NCBI GenBank assembly: GCA_003693705.1
Contig: RBZT01000633.1
Coordinates: forward strand, 186,001 to 250,000
Direction of reading: 5' to 3'
DNA: 64,000 bases
From: Polymyxa betae A26-41
Taxonomy: Eukaryota > Protista > Endomyxa: Phytomyxea
The position numbers and the translations under genes are program-made. The stretch's first letter is position 1, and each line of letters opens with the position of its first letter. The notes below the pieces were generated by a model. It saw only the letters and a list, made by a program, of their open reading frames with translations, was not told the DNA's origin and made no database searches. Shown piece by piece: positions 24,454-37,967 of the stretch.

Positions 24454-24920
24454 CTTCTATCAATATGGGCTAAGTCGATAATGACTGATGAGGTCAGCAG
24501 TGTCAATATGCAGTAAAGTGGCTACGCTCTCTTCGCTGTCGTTTCGTTTTATCAAAATGAGAATTCCGATTCGCTATACAAAGCAAATTGCATGCGGCAC
24601 CTTCAAGCATCATGATCCAGCAAGAATAAGCCCATCAGCGTGTTGTAAGTTTATCGTTTTGTTGGGTGGGTCGATATCATACTAAACTTACAGAATAGGA
24701 AACTGCTTCACAAAAACGGCACCAAAAAATTGATTTGTATTCAATCGAATTCAATTGTTCTTGTGTCAATCCAGATGCCTAAATTGATTCCGAAATCTTT
24801 CTGAAAAATTGTTATTCTGCGCGAATCGAATGACCTGAAACGAGTTCAGGCCGAATTTTTGCAGAACATCTTTCGCCTACGTCTTTGAAGCCGTTATAAT
24901 TCGAACTATACTCTGTTAGC

Positions 24921-25696
24921 ATGGAAGGCGAGGTATGTGTCCAGACATTCTCAGGTCCAAGTCGTCATGATCCACTTGTAAACGTTCTCGATGGTCTGGA
25001 ATTATATCATGATGTCGTCGACGCCGATCTGCAGCGAAAATTGCTTGACTTCGTTGAGAAAGATATTCGAAAGGGAGAAAATCAGCTTCTGATTGGGTAT
25101 CCAATATTCGGTTGATAAAGGACAAATTTGATTTTACATTAGAAAATCCTATCAGCCACCAGAAGCCAAGAAATGGGCTGGAAGATCTAAAAGCAGGCTC
25201 TTGCTGCAGTATGGTTCGTGATTTCGGTCATAGCATCTTGATTTATTAATTGGCATATTCAGGAGCGTATACCTTATGTAATCGTGTTTATCGACATATT
25301 GCTGTAGAACCGATTCAAACAGAACCTTTGCAGTTACTTATAGACACATTATATTCCAAAGGCGTTCTAAAAGATACAAGTTGTAGACCTAATCAATGTA
25401 CTATAAATGTGTATGAACAAGGAAATTGGCTTCCAGCACATGTCGACAACAAAGAGTTTCAAAGGCCCATAATTACTGTCTCGTTATTGTCGGAACAAGA
25501 AATGGTTTTGGGAGAACAATTACGTCTGGTGGAGGATGGCGTCTTCGACCAAGAACAATGTCGGTTAAGGCTGCCAATAGGATCGGCTGTTTGCCTCTGG
25601 CGTAATGCTGCTGATAGTCTGAAACACGCTCTACCAGCATGTACCTCCAAACGCATCTCAATCACATTGAGATATTTACCGGAGTTACCTGCTTAA
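24921..25696 (+). CDS. AlkB-family 2OG-Fe(II) dioxygenase (ALKBH5/9-like)
   Basis: PNQCTINVYEQGNWLPAHVD (HxD), VSLLSE, KHAL (distal His), RISITLR. Confidence 0.85.
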
Positions 25697-25985
25697 TGTT
25701 GTATTATCTCTATTATTAAATTCACCATCTGTTTAATCTCGCTCCTGTTTTAATTTGATAGAGTGATACGCCGTTGGATAATTCTTTATTCTGAAGACAT
25801 CAAAAGTCGAATGATTTTAGCTAATAGTTATCGACTGAAGTTAGGGTTTTGGGGTTTGGGGGTTCGATTTTGTAACAACAAAAGTGCGTTCAGGTTGAGC
25901 CAGCGAACACTTTTTCATAATCGCCTTTCTGTAATCTCTTGTTGGGGGTCGTCTTCCAAGCCCCAGAGCTGGCGACGTCTAATCT

Positions 25986-27425
25986 ATGGGCTCGTTTCTT
26001 GCCAGATGCATTGCCGCCGCTCTGCTGGTCGTCGCTTTCTTGATTGTTGCTGAAGCCTCTGGGGATTACTATTCAATGCTTGGTGTGGCGAGAGATGCGA
26101 CACAGAATGAGGTGAGCTTGTTTTGTTCCTGACAATTGCTGCTGAAAGGAATTAGATTAAGAAAGCCTTCAACAAACAAGCCAGAAATGTTCATCCAGAT
26201 AGGAACAAGGTGATCTTGTCGTTATTGCAGAGTCTCTTAATTAATATCGCCGACAGAGTCCAGATGCAGAAGAACAGTTCAAGAAGTTAAAGAAGGCATA
26301 CGATGTTCTATATGATGAAGAACGACGATCAGTGTATGATCGATATGGCGAGGATGGTATCGATCGAATTGAAAATGGCCAAGGTGGATTCAGTCGATCC
26401 TCCTCCTCCGTATTCGATTTTTTCGAGCAATTTGGAGGGTTTAACGGTATGGGAAATGCCAGATTCGAACAAGAAGAACAACGGGGTGAAGACCTTCAAA
26501 TGGTGCATCCAATCTCCATTATTGCCACTATTCAAAATTTCTGACAATGCTCAGGCGCTTGTTATTACTTTGGAAGAGGTGTTTACTGGAACAACTAAAC
26601 ACGCTCACATGAACTGTCATGAGACCTGTCCGCATTGTAAAGGCTCAGGAGCTGACTCTCCTCATGACATTCAAACCTGTCCACAATGTCATGGTCATGG
26701 TCGCCTCGTCACCCGACAAGGATGGGTGACAACGGTAGTCATGCGTGTTCCAATCAATCAGATCGTTTAATTTATCATAGTGCAATGTTTGCGGTGGGAA
26801 AGGCAAACTCGTACGAAGTAAATGTCATATGTGTAAAGGGCACAAAGTAAGGTTTTCCCAATTACCTCGTTTGTTGCTTCTCAGCAGTCACATTCAGGTT
26901 GTTCCGCATCCGAAAGAATTCGAGATTTACGTGCCAAAGGGCATTAAAGAGAACGAGGTCCTTGTTCACGAACATGAAGGTGACGAGCGTCCCGATATGA
27001 GACCTGGACACATTTCTTTCACAATATCGACGGCAGCTCATCCGGTATTCACCCGGAATGGCGACAACCTTGAGGCTAATTTGTAGGCGGTATTCCTCGA
27101 ATAGTTAATATTCTTCTAACTATGCTCAGGGAAATCGATTTGTTGGAATCCCTAGTAGGTTTTGAAAAAACCATACAAGGCCTAGATGGGAAACCCATCA
27201 AAGTGTCAAATAACGAAGTATGTTGATATCTGCACGCATCTTCTGTCTGCTGAATGTTCGCAGATCACCAATCCAGGACAGGTTTTGACTGTCAAAAAGG
27301 CAGGCTTGCCAAACAAACAGAAACCGTCGAAATTTGGCGATCTATTTATTAAATGCCAAGTGCGTTTTCCTTTCAAATTAACGCCAGAACAAGCTGCTGT
27401 TATCGATAAAGTTCTTCCAAAATAG
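25986..27425 (+). CDS. Type I DnaJ/Hsp40 with signal peptide (ER-luminal, Scj1/ERdj3-like)
   Basis: Signal peptide; DYYSMLGV...HPD J-domain; four CxxCxGxx zinc motifs; GDLFIKCQVRFP C-terminal domain. Confidence 0.9.
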
Positions 27426-27550
27426 AACTTCTCATAGGCAGTGCGCGTATAGCATTGTAATAATGTCGCTTCCAATGTGTAAATAAACAATACATCAGCC
27501 ATGGTCCAATTAAATGGAAAGTTGTATATGTATTGGATTCGAAAAGAAAA

Positions 27551-28441
27551 TTAGATAAATTCGTCAATGAGCGAGCTGCGAAGATCGTTGACGATGGCGT
27601 CTTTTGGACCTTCATGCAGGTTGAATATTGATTCAATAACACTCTTCTCAGTCGTCGTTGTAGCGATGCCACAGAAAGCAGTCCAATCGTTGACGACGAG
27701 ACCGGCAGCGATCACATCGCTACCGCGATTGACAGTTCCGGCAGTTAGCGGAACTTGCAATAATGAAGACAATTCTAAAGACTGAATCAGAGGGCAGTAT
27801 GACCAAATGAATCGCAATCAAACCTTGTTGCTCTTCTAGAGTGGTCTTAGGATGGACCAGACCGCCCTGGTTCGTTAGTTTACAGTAACTTCCAACCAGA
27901 ACATTGCCAGCGATGCTCTGACGGAAGACTTCGACGCCGAGAACATCGGCGACGATCTCTTCTGTGGCTTGGTCAATGTCGGGATGGACCAGGGCGACAT
28001 GGTCATTACAGGCGATGACATTGCCCAATGCACTCAGTTTCTCCTCAATCCTTTGAATCTAACAACAGATTGCTTCAGTTCAACAATTTAGCAAATTCCA
28101 TCGCACTGGTACTTTGGCAGAATTCGGCAGCGAATTCCTCAGATGCTGAAGTTCGAGGTCGGTGGTCGTACTGGGCACCAGCAAGCCGTTCTTGTTACCG
28201 ACAGTTAATCGGCCCACGATACGACATCCAGCAATTGAGCTGTGAATAACGGGGATGTGATCAGCCAGTTCGCCTTCGAATGCGCTGTAGAACGAATCGC
28301 TGGCGCCGATTCCCACCAGACAGTACGAATTCGTCAGAGAGGCAAAGACGCCGATTTCGTCCGAATTCTCGAATTTCACACCTGGATGGAATTCAGAGAC
28401 GGCGCCCACCCGAGCCTGGCTGTCGACTTACGAATTGCCAT
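27551..28441 (-). CDS. EIF6: Eukaryotic translation initiation factor 6
   Basis: [52 protein letters not shown]. Confidence 0.97.
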
Positions 28442-28498
28442 GAGGCTGTTCTCAGAGAGAGAATCAAATTGCTAAAGATTCCTCAGAAAAGGAAGACT

Positions 28499-28515
28499 CG
28501 GATTGCGTCACGGAC
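28499..28515. promoter_or_regulatory. Promoter element CGGATTGCGTCACGGAC upstream of eIF6
   Basis: Exact match to the RPL10 element, same orientation relative to the gene, ~58 nt from the ATG. Confidence 0.7.
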
Positions 28516-28639
28516 CTCTCTGTTCAGCCATGCTTTACTGCGATTTTCCATTTCAAATTGAGTTTTCGAGTTCTCGTGAAATTTCATTTCTCAGGCGTTT
28601 ACAATTTTTGCGGATTTGTGCGAGACGAAAAGATTTCTC

Positions 28640-30278
28640 GAAAAGGGCCGAAAAACAGGGAAATTCAGTAAAAAACAGCATTGTGGACTGGCGGGCAAAC
28701 TGGTCATGTTCTTTTTTAACAGAAGTTATGATGGGTTTATTCAACCCAGTAAACAAGAGAAAACTTGAATTCCAGGTTTGTTCTGAACAAGCTGAAGGGA
28801 GCAACCATAATCCTCAATTGTTGTCTGGATTGCAATGAAAGTGGTCGAGCTGTCATGGAACGAGGTTAATTCAAAAAGCCGGTGATAACGACGAGAATTT
28901 CGTGCGATCTAAACTCTTGGACTCAGCTGGAAACGAATATAATAGTTGTTAGTATTTAATGATAATAGAAATCAACATCCAGGTAAAACAGCTCATTACA
29001 TATCCAATAATTTTCTGGCCTTGGATTTCATCTCTTCAAACGTGATCACACCCATATTACACGCCTTCTCATAATTGGCAAGCATGAACTTGGTCTCCTC
29101 TTGTTTGGCCTTGGCTTTGTGAATCTCCAGAAACTCCATAATTCCAGCACAGGCCTTATTGAAATCGGCTGACATCTTACACAACGCCTGTGTTTGAGTC
29201 TGCATCAACGCCTTCTTACCCTGCTGCTGTGCCTGCGATGTTAACGGGGCGGATCTGGCAGCAAGCGGCTCTGATTGTGGTTTCGGGCATGGATTGTGAC
29301 TAGCGCCATTCTGGTTAGCGGCGTCATCTGAATCAGATTCGGAAGCGGTCGGCGTCATCTGTGAAGGCTGGGCCGACATTGGCTGAGAAGACGGCGCTGG
29401 TTGAGGCAAATTCTGTGAATCGCCGCAGGCAGCAGGTTCACTGCAGCCGGCACTGACGGCAGCTGTTGTCTGCGATGGCGTCGTGGAAGACGCTGGAGTC
29501 TCAGGTGGCTTTTCTGTTGGTGGTGCCTGAATGGTGACAGCGTTCATAGGCTTCTGCTGGGACGAGATCTCGGCGTTGTGATTACGCCAGAGAATCTGCT
29601 GCATCAGCGGAGACGCACCCGTCATCTTCAGACGCTTCAGAATCTGTTCGTTCTGCTGGACAAGTTCGGTAATTGAGCTGTTCTGCCCTGTGCCTTCCAG
29701 CTCTTTCAACATGTTTCGGACACGGGTCTTCAAATGTTCGTTGTCGAAGGCCGATGCTTCCGGATACAGCCCAACAAAATCGTTGTACACCTAATTGAAG
29801 TTGAAAACAGTGATGAAGGCTTGATGGCGTCAAGCGAACCTTTTTCCAGACAGAAGATGGGACCAATTGAGTGACACTTTCTCGAGATTGAACGTATTGT
29901 GAGTAATGCATACGATAGGATGCGATTAGAGTACTCATATGTTGAGGTGTCAAAGTGGCCCGTGGCTTTCGTTTCTTTTTGGCGCTGTTCGGCGTGCCGG
30001 GTGGCTGTAAATCAGGTGCAACCGGCAGCACGAGCTCAGTCTGGTCGGCCGTGGTCGTTGACATGACGCTTGCGATAGTCAAGGCGAATTTAGGCGGAAA
30101 TCTCGGCGTGAAAAAATAACCCGTTCAGCATGGATGAACCGCGCAGTTTTTTCCGCCCATTTTCAATCGGGTTCATTTTCACAAAATTTAGCTGCATCTC
30201 CGCTAATCTGAAACATTGCACAGATGCGGACTTTTCTCACTTCACTGAGTTTTTCCCACTGTTGTCTGGGCTTTCTAT
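28640..30278. mobile_element. Possible degenerate DNA-transposon-derived unit carrying the Myb/SANT-like gene
   Basis: Loose inverted similarity between flanks (AACA-GGGAAA-TCAGT-AA...GCAT-TGTG); no transposase and no clear TSD. Confidence 0.25.
28996..30064 (-). CDS. Two-exon nuclear protein with a possible Myb/SANT-like (trihelix/MADF-like) domain and a SHOCT-like C-terminus
   Basis: NLS KKKRKPR; helical segment LIASY...VWKKVYNDF...LKTRVRNMLKE across a GT-AG intron near 29791-29839; P/S/Q-rich linker; GVITFEEMKSKARKLL. Confidence 0.6.
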
Positions 30279-30476
30279 GACTCTGACCAATGGGAAAAAC
30301 TCGGTCTTGAACTATTATTAAAATGGCTATTGTTGTATCGGAATTGATGACTCGATGTCACCTAGCCAAACGGCTCAATGAGGAATCCGATTCAGGTCTA
30401 TTGGAAGATTTCTGAGTACCTTGAGCCGATCAAAGGACAGCTTGATTAGATTCCAAATTGTCTGCCGATCACAGCC

Positions 30477-31545
30477 ATGATTATCGGTGAGAGTATCAAC
30501 CAAGTTTGTCTCAATCGATGCTTGAACCCAGCTGAGAAGCTAGCAGTACGAGCATCGTTAAATCAGCTAGCTAATGAGGATCCATTCGGATCTTTATCCT
30601 TCTGGGTAATAGTTCGCTGCTAGTTATACGTTTGCAATGTAGAATTCAAGATCGTTGTTGTTAGGGTAAAATCTATGGAGTTCAGAACGACTACTTAATC
30701 GCGAAATCATTAAATTTCAAAGTTGAGATCTCCAAGAAGTTCTACTTCAGTATGGATCAGGGCAAGACATTTGCTGTTCTTCCAAATATCGACGCTTGGA
30801 TCGCCGATAAAGCTAGTAAACATCATGGACAGTTTACTGGAGACCCGAGCGCCCAGCTTCAAGAATTCGTACCTGGCCAGGGCGAAGGTGACAAGGAGGG
30901 CGAAGTCTACTAACCTGTCGCCTCCCCGATGTCTTGGCTAATTTTAAGCATAGGAGCAGGAGTCTGCTGATGGAAAGGAAGTTGACGGTTCTGCGTCGAT
31001 TCGGCAACTAAGAGAGTTGGAACGGTTGTCATGGACTGTGTTGAATATCGATCATCATACAGATTTGACTATCAAAGGATCTTATATTAGAAACTCTGCC
31101 AGTGATCTGATCCCAAACCCAAATTTCCAGGGATTAGAGTCCCCTGCTCAACTATTAGATCTGAATAACTATCAACATCTACGTCAGCCGCAAGATCTTG
31201 ACAATCTCATCGTTAGTAATAATTCAAGATTACAACCCAACCTAATTTGCATTGCTCAGGAAATGACGAAACGATTAGAATCATTCAGCATCAAAGCAGC
31301 TTTGGATACAATATCCATTGACCTACCAAAAGGTGTTTGGACAGTTTCTGCAGTGGATTCTAGTGGCACCTCTGTACATCTTCAGAACCATCTATGGCCA
31401 GGTAAGACACCCTTAATCGATGTACATTGAAGTCAACATATGTGTAGGGTTTTCTGCTTGGGTTTCGATTGGATCACCCAGGATTGAACAAGCTGGCTAC
31501 TTCGGATATGGTCAACGAAATCAGGATTTGGTCTTCGCGTTATAA
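30477..31545 (+). CDS. RSPH9: Radial spoke head protein 9
   Basis: LSFWGKIYGVQNDYLIA, FTGDPS, ELERLSWTVLNID, PNPNFQGL, DLPKGVW, LWPG, GYFGYGQRNQDL. Confidence 0.92.
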
Positions 31546-31595
31546 ACATAACACTTTAAAGTGTTTTTATGTTGAGCAGATTGCGGTGAAGACTT

Positions 31596-32330
31596 TCATC
31601 TTCCTCGAGCTAGCATATGGCTCCTTAGGGATTGCCTACTTTTAGGTGTCGTAGAAGAGAGCAAGCCCCCTGCCGTTTCTTAACTGAAGTCTTTGGCCTG
31701 GTAGCAATAGCTAAGGAAGCGAAGCCCTGCCTTTATTTATCCAGCTTGTGACAGGAATTTGTTGAATACTGGCACTTGGAAGAACGAACTGATTCAGCTC
31801 GTTCAACCCACGCTCAAGCTTGAACAGAATCTTTATCTTCGAATTCGTAACTGCTCCCTCGTCTCTGTTTCTGCAATTCTGCTTCCCATTACTATTCCAG
31901 TTTGTGTATCTTTTGTCTACAGGTAATCTTATCTGTTGTATTGATAGATAGTTCGGTTCTTGACAGACTGCTTCGTTTTGACTGACATAGATCTTCTATA
32001 TGCCGTTTCTCGTCGTTGACTGATTCCTTTGAGTTGGCGTAGACACTTTGGATATCAATTTCGACGTTGATTGATCCTTTTTTATTGGCGTAGGCACTTG
32101 GGATACTGGTCTGGTAGTTGAATGAACCCTTTTAACTGATGCTAACGCTTTCGATAACAGTAGCCTTTCTTGAGTCGGTGTAGATGGTTTCAATCTGTCA
32201 TGTGAGCAATCAACTTTAGTGGGCGACAATTCCAGCTATCAGCAGCCACTCTTCAGGCCGTCTAGACGGTCTCAATTGTTCAGGTGCGCAATCAACTTTA
32301 GAGGGCGACAGTTTCAGCTAGCAATCAGCA
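31596..32330 (-). CDS. Hypothetical low-complexity S/T/P/K-rich protein with internal repeats; structure unresolved
   Basis: Repeated peptides LKLSPSKVDC/LELSPTKVDC and SQVPTPIKKDQST/SKVSTPTQRNQST. Confidence 0.3.
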
Positions 32331-32503
32331 CGGCTCGGTTTCAACTGGTTCAAACCAAAATTGTACGGTTTGGTTTGAGGTTAATGAAATTGGTTTGGTT
32401 TGCTTTGAAGTGGTTTTGGTTTGGCTTGATGCATCGCTAAACCGCTTTGTAGCCAAGAGGAAGGTTGGGTTAACGATAGAACAAGGTGGGCGGCCATTTC
32501 TTT

Positions 32504-33910
32504 TTATAGACGGTGACATAAGGTTTGCGGTTCCAGTTCAATTCCGGTCTCAATGGAGGTCTTGAGTCGTTTCGCCAGCACCCGGTCTCTTTTCGTTATT
32601 AAAGCATAAACTACCCCATCATTTCCAGCTCGAGCTGTTCTGCCTGCACGATGAAGAAACTCGGTTGAATTGTTAGGAAAGTCGAACATGACAACTGATG
32701 AGGAGACAGGGAGATCAATTCCACGACAAGAAATGTCAGTTGCGACCAAAATCGTTTTTTTTGCAGATAAGAACGAATCGAAGTTCGCTTTTCTGGTCTT
32801 AGGCAGAATACTGCCATGTATTGAAGTGGCTTGAGAAACCCCAGCTTCAATGAGACCATGTTCAATAGCTCGGCAGCTATCAATAGTGTTACAGAATACA
32901 ACGACACGTTGGTATTTGGGTTGGATCTCTCTAATCAGCGACACTAATTCAGTTAATTTGTCTTTACCGCCAACGTCTATGAAGTTGACCTAGATGATAC
33001 ATGTGACAAATCGTATATCAAGCCAAGATTATAAAATTACCTTGAGCTTTGGAGGAATCCTGTGAAGCTGATTGGACGTTATAATTTTTAAATTCGGGAA
33101 CCTTGATTGTAAGTGACGTATGCATTGCTTTGTTAAGGTGGCGCTTACGAGAACAAACTGAATGTCGGCTGATTTCGGCAACCGTTTTAATATCCCATTC
33201 TGAATTTCATCCATAAATCCACTTTTCCCGTCAAAAAGCGTATCGGCTTCATCAAACACAACTGTTTTCGTATTGTTTAAGCGGCAGAATCCATTGCTGA
33301 TTAACTCGCGAAGCCTTCCAGGTGTAGCAATGACAACATCAACAGAATCATCAAATATTTGCTTTTGCTGAGAAATCGATTTGCCCCCAACAATAAGTCT
33401 AGCAGTAAGCTTGATGTGATGACAGAACATTTTGGCGACATCGCCGATTTGCACAGCAAGTTCTCTGGAGGGAGCCAGAACAACAGCTCGAGGATACCCA
33501 GGAGTAGCAAGCAGCCCTAAAAAGAGTCAACACGTTCTAAGCAGAAGAACATTCTTATACCTGAACTTCCTTCTAGTGACTTCACATTATTTAGTAAAGG
33601 TAGCATATACGCTATAGTCTTCCCTATTTCAACCTTAAAACGATAAAATGACGTTGCTGGAAAGAATCTTACCTGAGCCGGTTTGATCTGCAAAAGCCAC
33701 GTTTTTCCTGTCCAGAATGTGAGGTATCACCGATTGCTGAATCCATGTAGGCGTATGGATGTTTGCAGATTGCAAAGCAGTAATGAGAGCTGGGTTTAAG
33801 CCTGACGATACGAACGATAATGTCCTGATCGACAGCCGCTTGGTAACCAGAAGTAATGTCAGCGGTGATCTAGCCATTGTCATGACGCCGAACTTCGCAG
33901 AAAATCCCAT
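32504..33910 (-). CDS. DEAD-box RNA helicase, probably organellar (DDX28/RH39-like)
   Basis: PTWIQ, DQTGSGK, PSRELAVQ, ATPGRL, DEAD, SAT, ATDISCRGID, HRAGRTARAG. Confidence 0.9.
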
Positions 33911-34292
33911 CGCAACTGATATTCGACAACAAAAATAACTTTCAGTGGTCAGTAGGACGCTTCAGTTGGAGTTATTCCCATAGGATTGTTCAATGGTACA
34001 ATTGGATGCTATCAGCAGTACCACTGTTCGTCCTGGCTTTTCCCGACCACTAAGCAATTCCGACACTTGCCTTGCTTGCAGAATACAATACTGGAATGGG
34101 ATTCACTGGCCAAGACTGGTACCAGATGCTGGAAGACAGATAGAGAGTGAATAGATAAGCGTAAGAGCTCTCAGTTACCATTATACTACAACAACATGAA
34201 CAAATGCGTTGCTGTTGCTATCTGAGACTGAGTATCAGATTGGACGACGACTCTGCTCTAAGCTGTCTTCAGACTATAGATATAATCAGACC

Positions 34293-35666
34293 ATGATCTC
34301 TCCACGATTGTTGAATGCCTCGCAGCCGCAATCCAGGCGTCGCGAAATCGTCCTCGAACTGTTATCTACAGAGAGGAACTATCTTTCTTGGTAGCCTTCT
34401 GTCATCTTCGCATCTCTCCTAGCTCATCGAAGCGTTGTAGTTTAAACGCTTTCTTCTCGACATACGTTTGGCATTTGTCAACTCAAAAATTCGTTCCAAT
34501 GCCGACTCAGTATATACAATTGGTTCAGAATTTGGAGGTCAACTTGTCGCCTTTACTTCTTATCTCCATGAATTTTAACCTTCATTAGGTAATTAAGCAG
34601 CTTCATTCACAGTTTTATGATGAACTTCTGTCCCATATAAGCATTGAGAGCTGGGAGTCGGATTCCGAAGTCTCACCCCTTTTCAAGAGATTTTCGCCTT
34701 TCTTTCGGATATATGGCGATGTGATTCATCAAGTCGAGGTTGTAGGGAATTTAGTGCAGGATTTAGCTGTAGAAAATCCTGCTTTGGATGACATCCTTCA
34801 GTGTTGTCGGCAGGATCCGCGCTGCAACAAGCATACATTTCAAAGCTTCTTAATTATGCCAGCTCAGGTTTGAACCTCTCAAAGTTGGAATGATATAATT
34901 TTTTAATGTCAACCGAAACAGCGAATCCCACGTTATATATTATTACTGAAGAATCTACTCCACCATACCCCATTAGACCATGTTGAAAGACAATCACTCC
35001 AGGAAGTGACAGAGCTTTTAGATTTGATTCTGCAACAAGTAATCTTGCATTGTTTTCTCCGTTCATACCAATGAGCTTAAATTTTTTAGATCAATCAGGA
35101 AGCCTTGAACGAATGCAATCGGAAAATTCTTGCGAGGATTCACAAAAAGGTCAGATAATAATAGCAATTGTTTATTCTCACTATTCTTAGCTGCTTGTTG
35201 CCTTTTAGATGCCAAAATCTTTCAATGTTTTCTTACCCAGGCGTAAATTTTTGATGAAGACGAGAATGCAGTTAATGAACCAAGACCAGTCAATTCAGCC
35301 TGTAAAGCTTGTTCTGTTCAGCGATGCACTTCTGATCGTCAAGAATTTCATTGGACATTATCGCATCGTGAAGAAGTTTGATTTTTCATGTTCTTCATCG
35401 TTAACAGGTTCGCGGCTACTTATTGACATGACGGATTACTAAATCTTTATTCAGTGAGAGATGGTGACGATTTTCCAGCGACATGCAAAGGAGCCGATGA
35501 AAATACGGATTCAAACAGAATCATATTTTGTGAAGGAGATGGCCAAAGATATATTCTCCAATGTGCTAACTATGCAATGAAGCGGAAGTGGTTGGACACG
35601 ATTATGCAATGCATTAATGGTTGCGTTAACAACTGCATCAGCAGTCAAGAACGCGATAGAAGGTGA
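34293..35666 (+). CDS. DH-PH RhoGEF; 5' end uncertain
   Basis: RREIVLELLSTERNYLS, FQSFLIMPAQRIPRYILLLKNL, LFSDALLI, KRKWLDTI. Confidence 0.85.
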
Positions 35667-35850
35667 GAACATGTAAGACGTATTTAGCCTAATTAACAAA
35701 CATGTTCAGAGCATCATGCACGTTGTAAAGGTATAAAGCTTGATAACAACATTTGTCTTCTTTAACCAGCGCGGTATATTTATCCAGTTCCAAGTTAATA
35801 TTGTTATATACATTGTAAGGAAGTGAATCAATAAATATAAGCAGCCTTTT

Positions 35851-37786
35851 TCAAGGCCGATTCCTATTCGGGCATGGTGACGCCATCGGTAGAGGACACT
35901 TGTATCCAGCTTAGACGTTCATCAGATAAAAAATCGATAGAAAACTTACCTTTAACTGGCTACGACTTGGTTTCTTGGCAGAAAATGATATTTTTTTCAC
36001 AGCACTTTCCAATGGAGCGCCTACGAAACAATCAATCGAAAATCATCTGTCCAATAAGAGAAGACCTGGATGCAATTTTACTGGCAGTCGTGCTGGAGTT
36101 TGCTGCAGCCAAATGTCAAAATCGATTCATCAACGTAGATGGTACCAAACCGTAAAAGGAGGCAGAAGGGGCCTTGACATTACAGGTGTTGGGGGGACCA
36201 GACCCATCCGATTGATATCAGGAGAACTGGTTTGGGAAGAGTGATTGGTCTCTGGATTTTGACGCTCGTCTGAACTACGTAGCTGGGAAATAATAAGAAT
36301 ATAAACACTGCAAACGAATAATTCCACCAACTTCAGTTTTCAAGCCAGCAATTGAAGCCTTTATAATATCAATCTCTGTGGATAATTTCGGCAAGATATC
36401 CCGAAGGTGTTGCAATTGTGAATATTGCAATGATACTTGACGTGCTACTTTGTTCTCGTTTTGAAAATCAATGGCCTAATGAAAGCAACATCAAGATGAG
36501 AAAAAACTTGAAAAAGTTCTTACCGATGCGTTCTCACTCGAAATCAGCAAATCTGAAGAGGACAGCTTCGGGAAAAAATTGACGAAATCGTCAATGATTT
36601 CCTGTAAGTTGACATCTTTCTGAGAGGTCAATTTCTCTTTAGATTCCTCACAATAGACCCTTGTAATAAGATTGGCACTTCCCACTTTCTCGGAAAGAAC
36701 AGTTTCAACCAAATCTTGAGCATTTATAAGATCAGGGAAACGCAATAAAATGAATTAAACCTACCACAGCCTGCTTTGGAGCCAGAGTGTAGTTCATGTA
36801 ACTGCTCCCAAACAATGCCAAGACGTTCAACTTTTTCGCTTCTTTCTACATTGGCAAACTCAGAAAATGCCTCCTTGTTGCATATATCCTGATTGAAAGA
36901 CTTCTCTGCTTCTCGCGCATGATCCTGAGAAGCACGTTTAGTCGGGAAAGTAATCTAATAAGAGCAAAACCAACCAGCGCTTGAACTGTGACACGATAGC
37001 TTTGTGCTAAACTGTCGATTTTACGCTGATATTTTTGTGACCGAAGAGAAGTTTGACGAACAGATTCAAGCAGTTTGCCATTTTCTTGTAAGAATCGGCC
37101 CTGTATGCAGACTTGAGTACTAACAGCACGTTAAAACTTAACGAACCTCTAACGCTCCAACATGAGCATTGAGAAGAGATAAAGGCATCTTAGACGAATC
37201 AGGAACACCAAACGCAAATTTCGTATAGAATTCTGGAAAATCTCTTTGGAACACTTGATGCAAAACATATTCTGAAAACCGCCAAACGAGATTTATCAAT
37301 CTGCTCTATCAATTGGTTTTCAACACAGAGAAAACGCATGCTCAGCTAACCTGGTTCCAAATCCACAGCTCAGATACGAACGTTGCACAGTTCCACGTGG
37401 AATGTCGCCTTTCCTTTCCAAATCGCTCAAAAACTTCAAAGTTGTAGCTCGAAACTCCTGGTCTTGTCTTTGGTCGAGAATCGGCCATATGCCTGCAAAA
37501 TTCTAAGGCGGCGTCACCAAACATAAAAGGCAATTACAAACGCCAATACCTTTGTTGCTTGAGTTGGATCCAATCGATGGAACAAGAAGAATAAAACCAT
37601 ATTCTGAGCCTTAAAGTTACTCCCATGTAAGAACATGCCAGGTCCAAGCTCAAATGTTGTCCGAGCCATAGCCGAATTGATGATTTCTGAGACTTGTAGA
37701 CCAAGCAGGCATAGATTTCTCCATAGAACCTGAGATGGCTCCAAGAACTGTTCAATCAACTGGTCTGGCTGTCCGACATCTGCCAT
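35851..37786 (-). CDS. HAUS6: HAUS augmin-like complex subunit 6
   Basis: LWRNLCLLGL...LGPGMF...VLFFLF.RLDP...FAGIWPILDQRQDQEFR N-terminal domain, then coiled coils. Confidence 0.8.
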
Positions 37787-37967
37787 ATGTCAATGAGCAC
37801 CTATTAGTCTACACAGCTGTTAATAATGGCATGTAGCATAACAGGTTACGCGGATACATTACAAGTCGATTGAATTCCAAAGGGGGTGGTTAATGATAAT
37901 AATCGTTGGATAATCACAAAGCGAATGTTGGAGTCGGAGTGCGCACCCAAAATCAGCTCGCGATCAA

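Noticed and set aside
24644-24692. 10-bp inverted repeat TGTAAGTTTA/TAAACTTACA between V-ATPase H and AlkB
   Set aside because: Short, AT-rich, and without snRNA/snoRNA boxes; could be chance
25841-25863. Telomere/telo-box-like TTAGGGTTTT (also near 42048, 44027, 52545)
   Set aside because: Isolated single copies with no tandem array or consistent gene-class association
33945-34051. Paired stems AGTGGTC/GACCACT and AGGACG/CGTCCT upstream of the first RhoGEF
   Set aside because: No H/ACA boxes identified, and the region may be unresolved 5' exons of the RhoGEF
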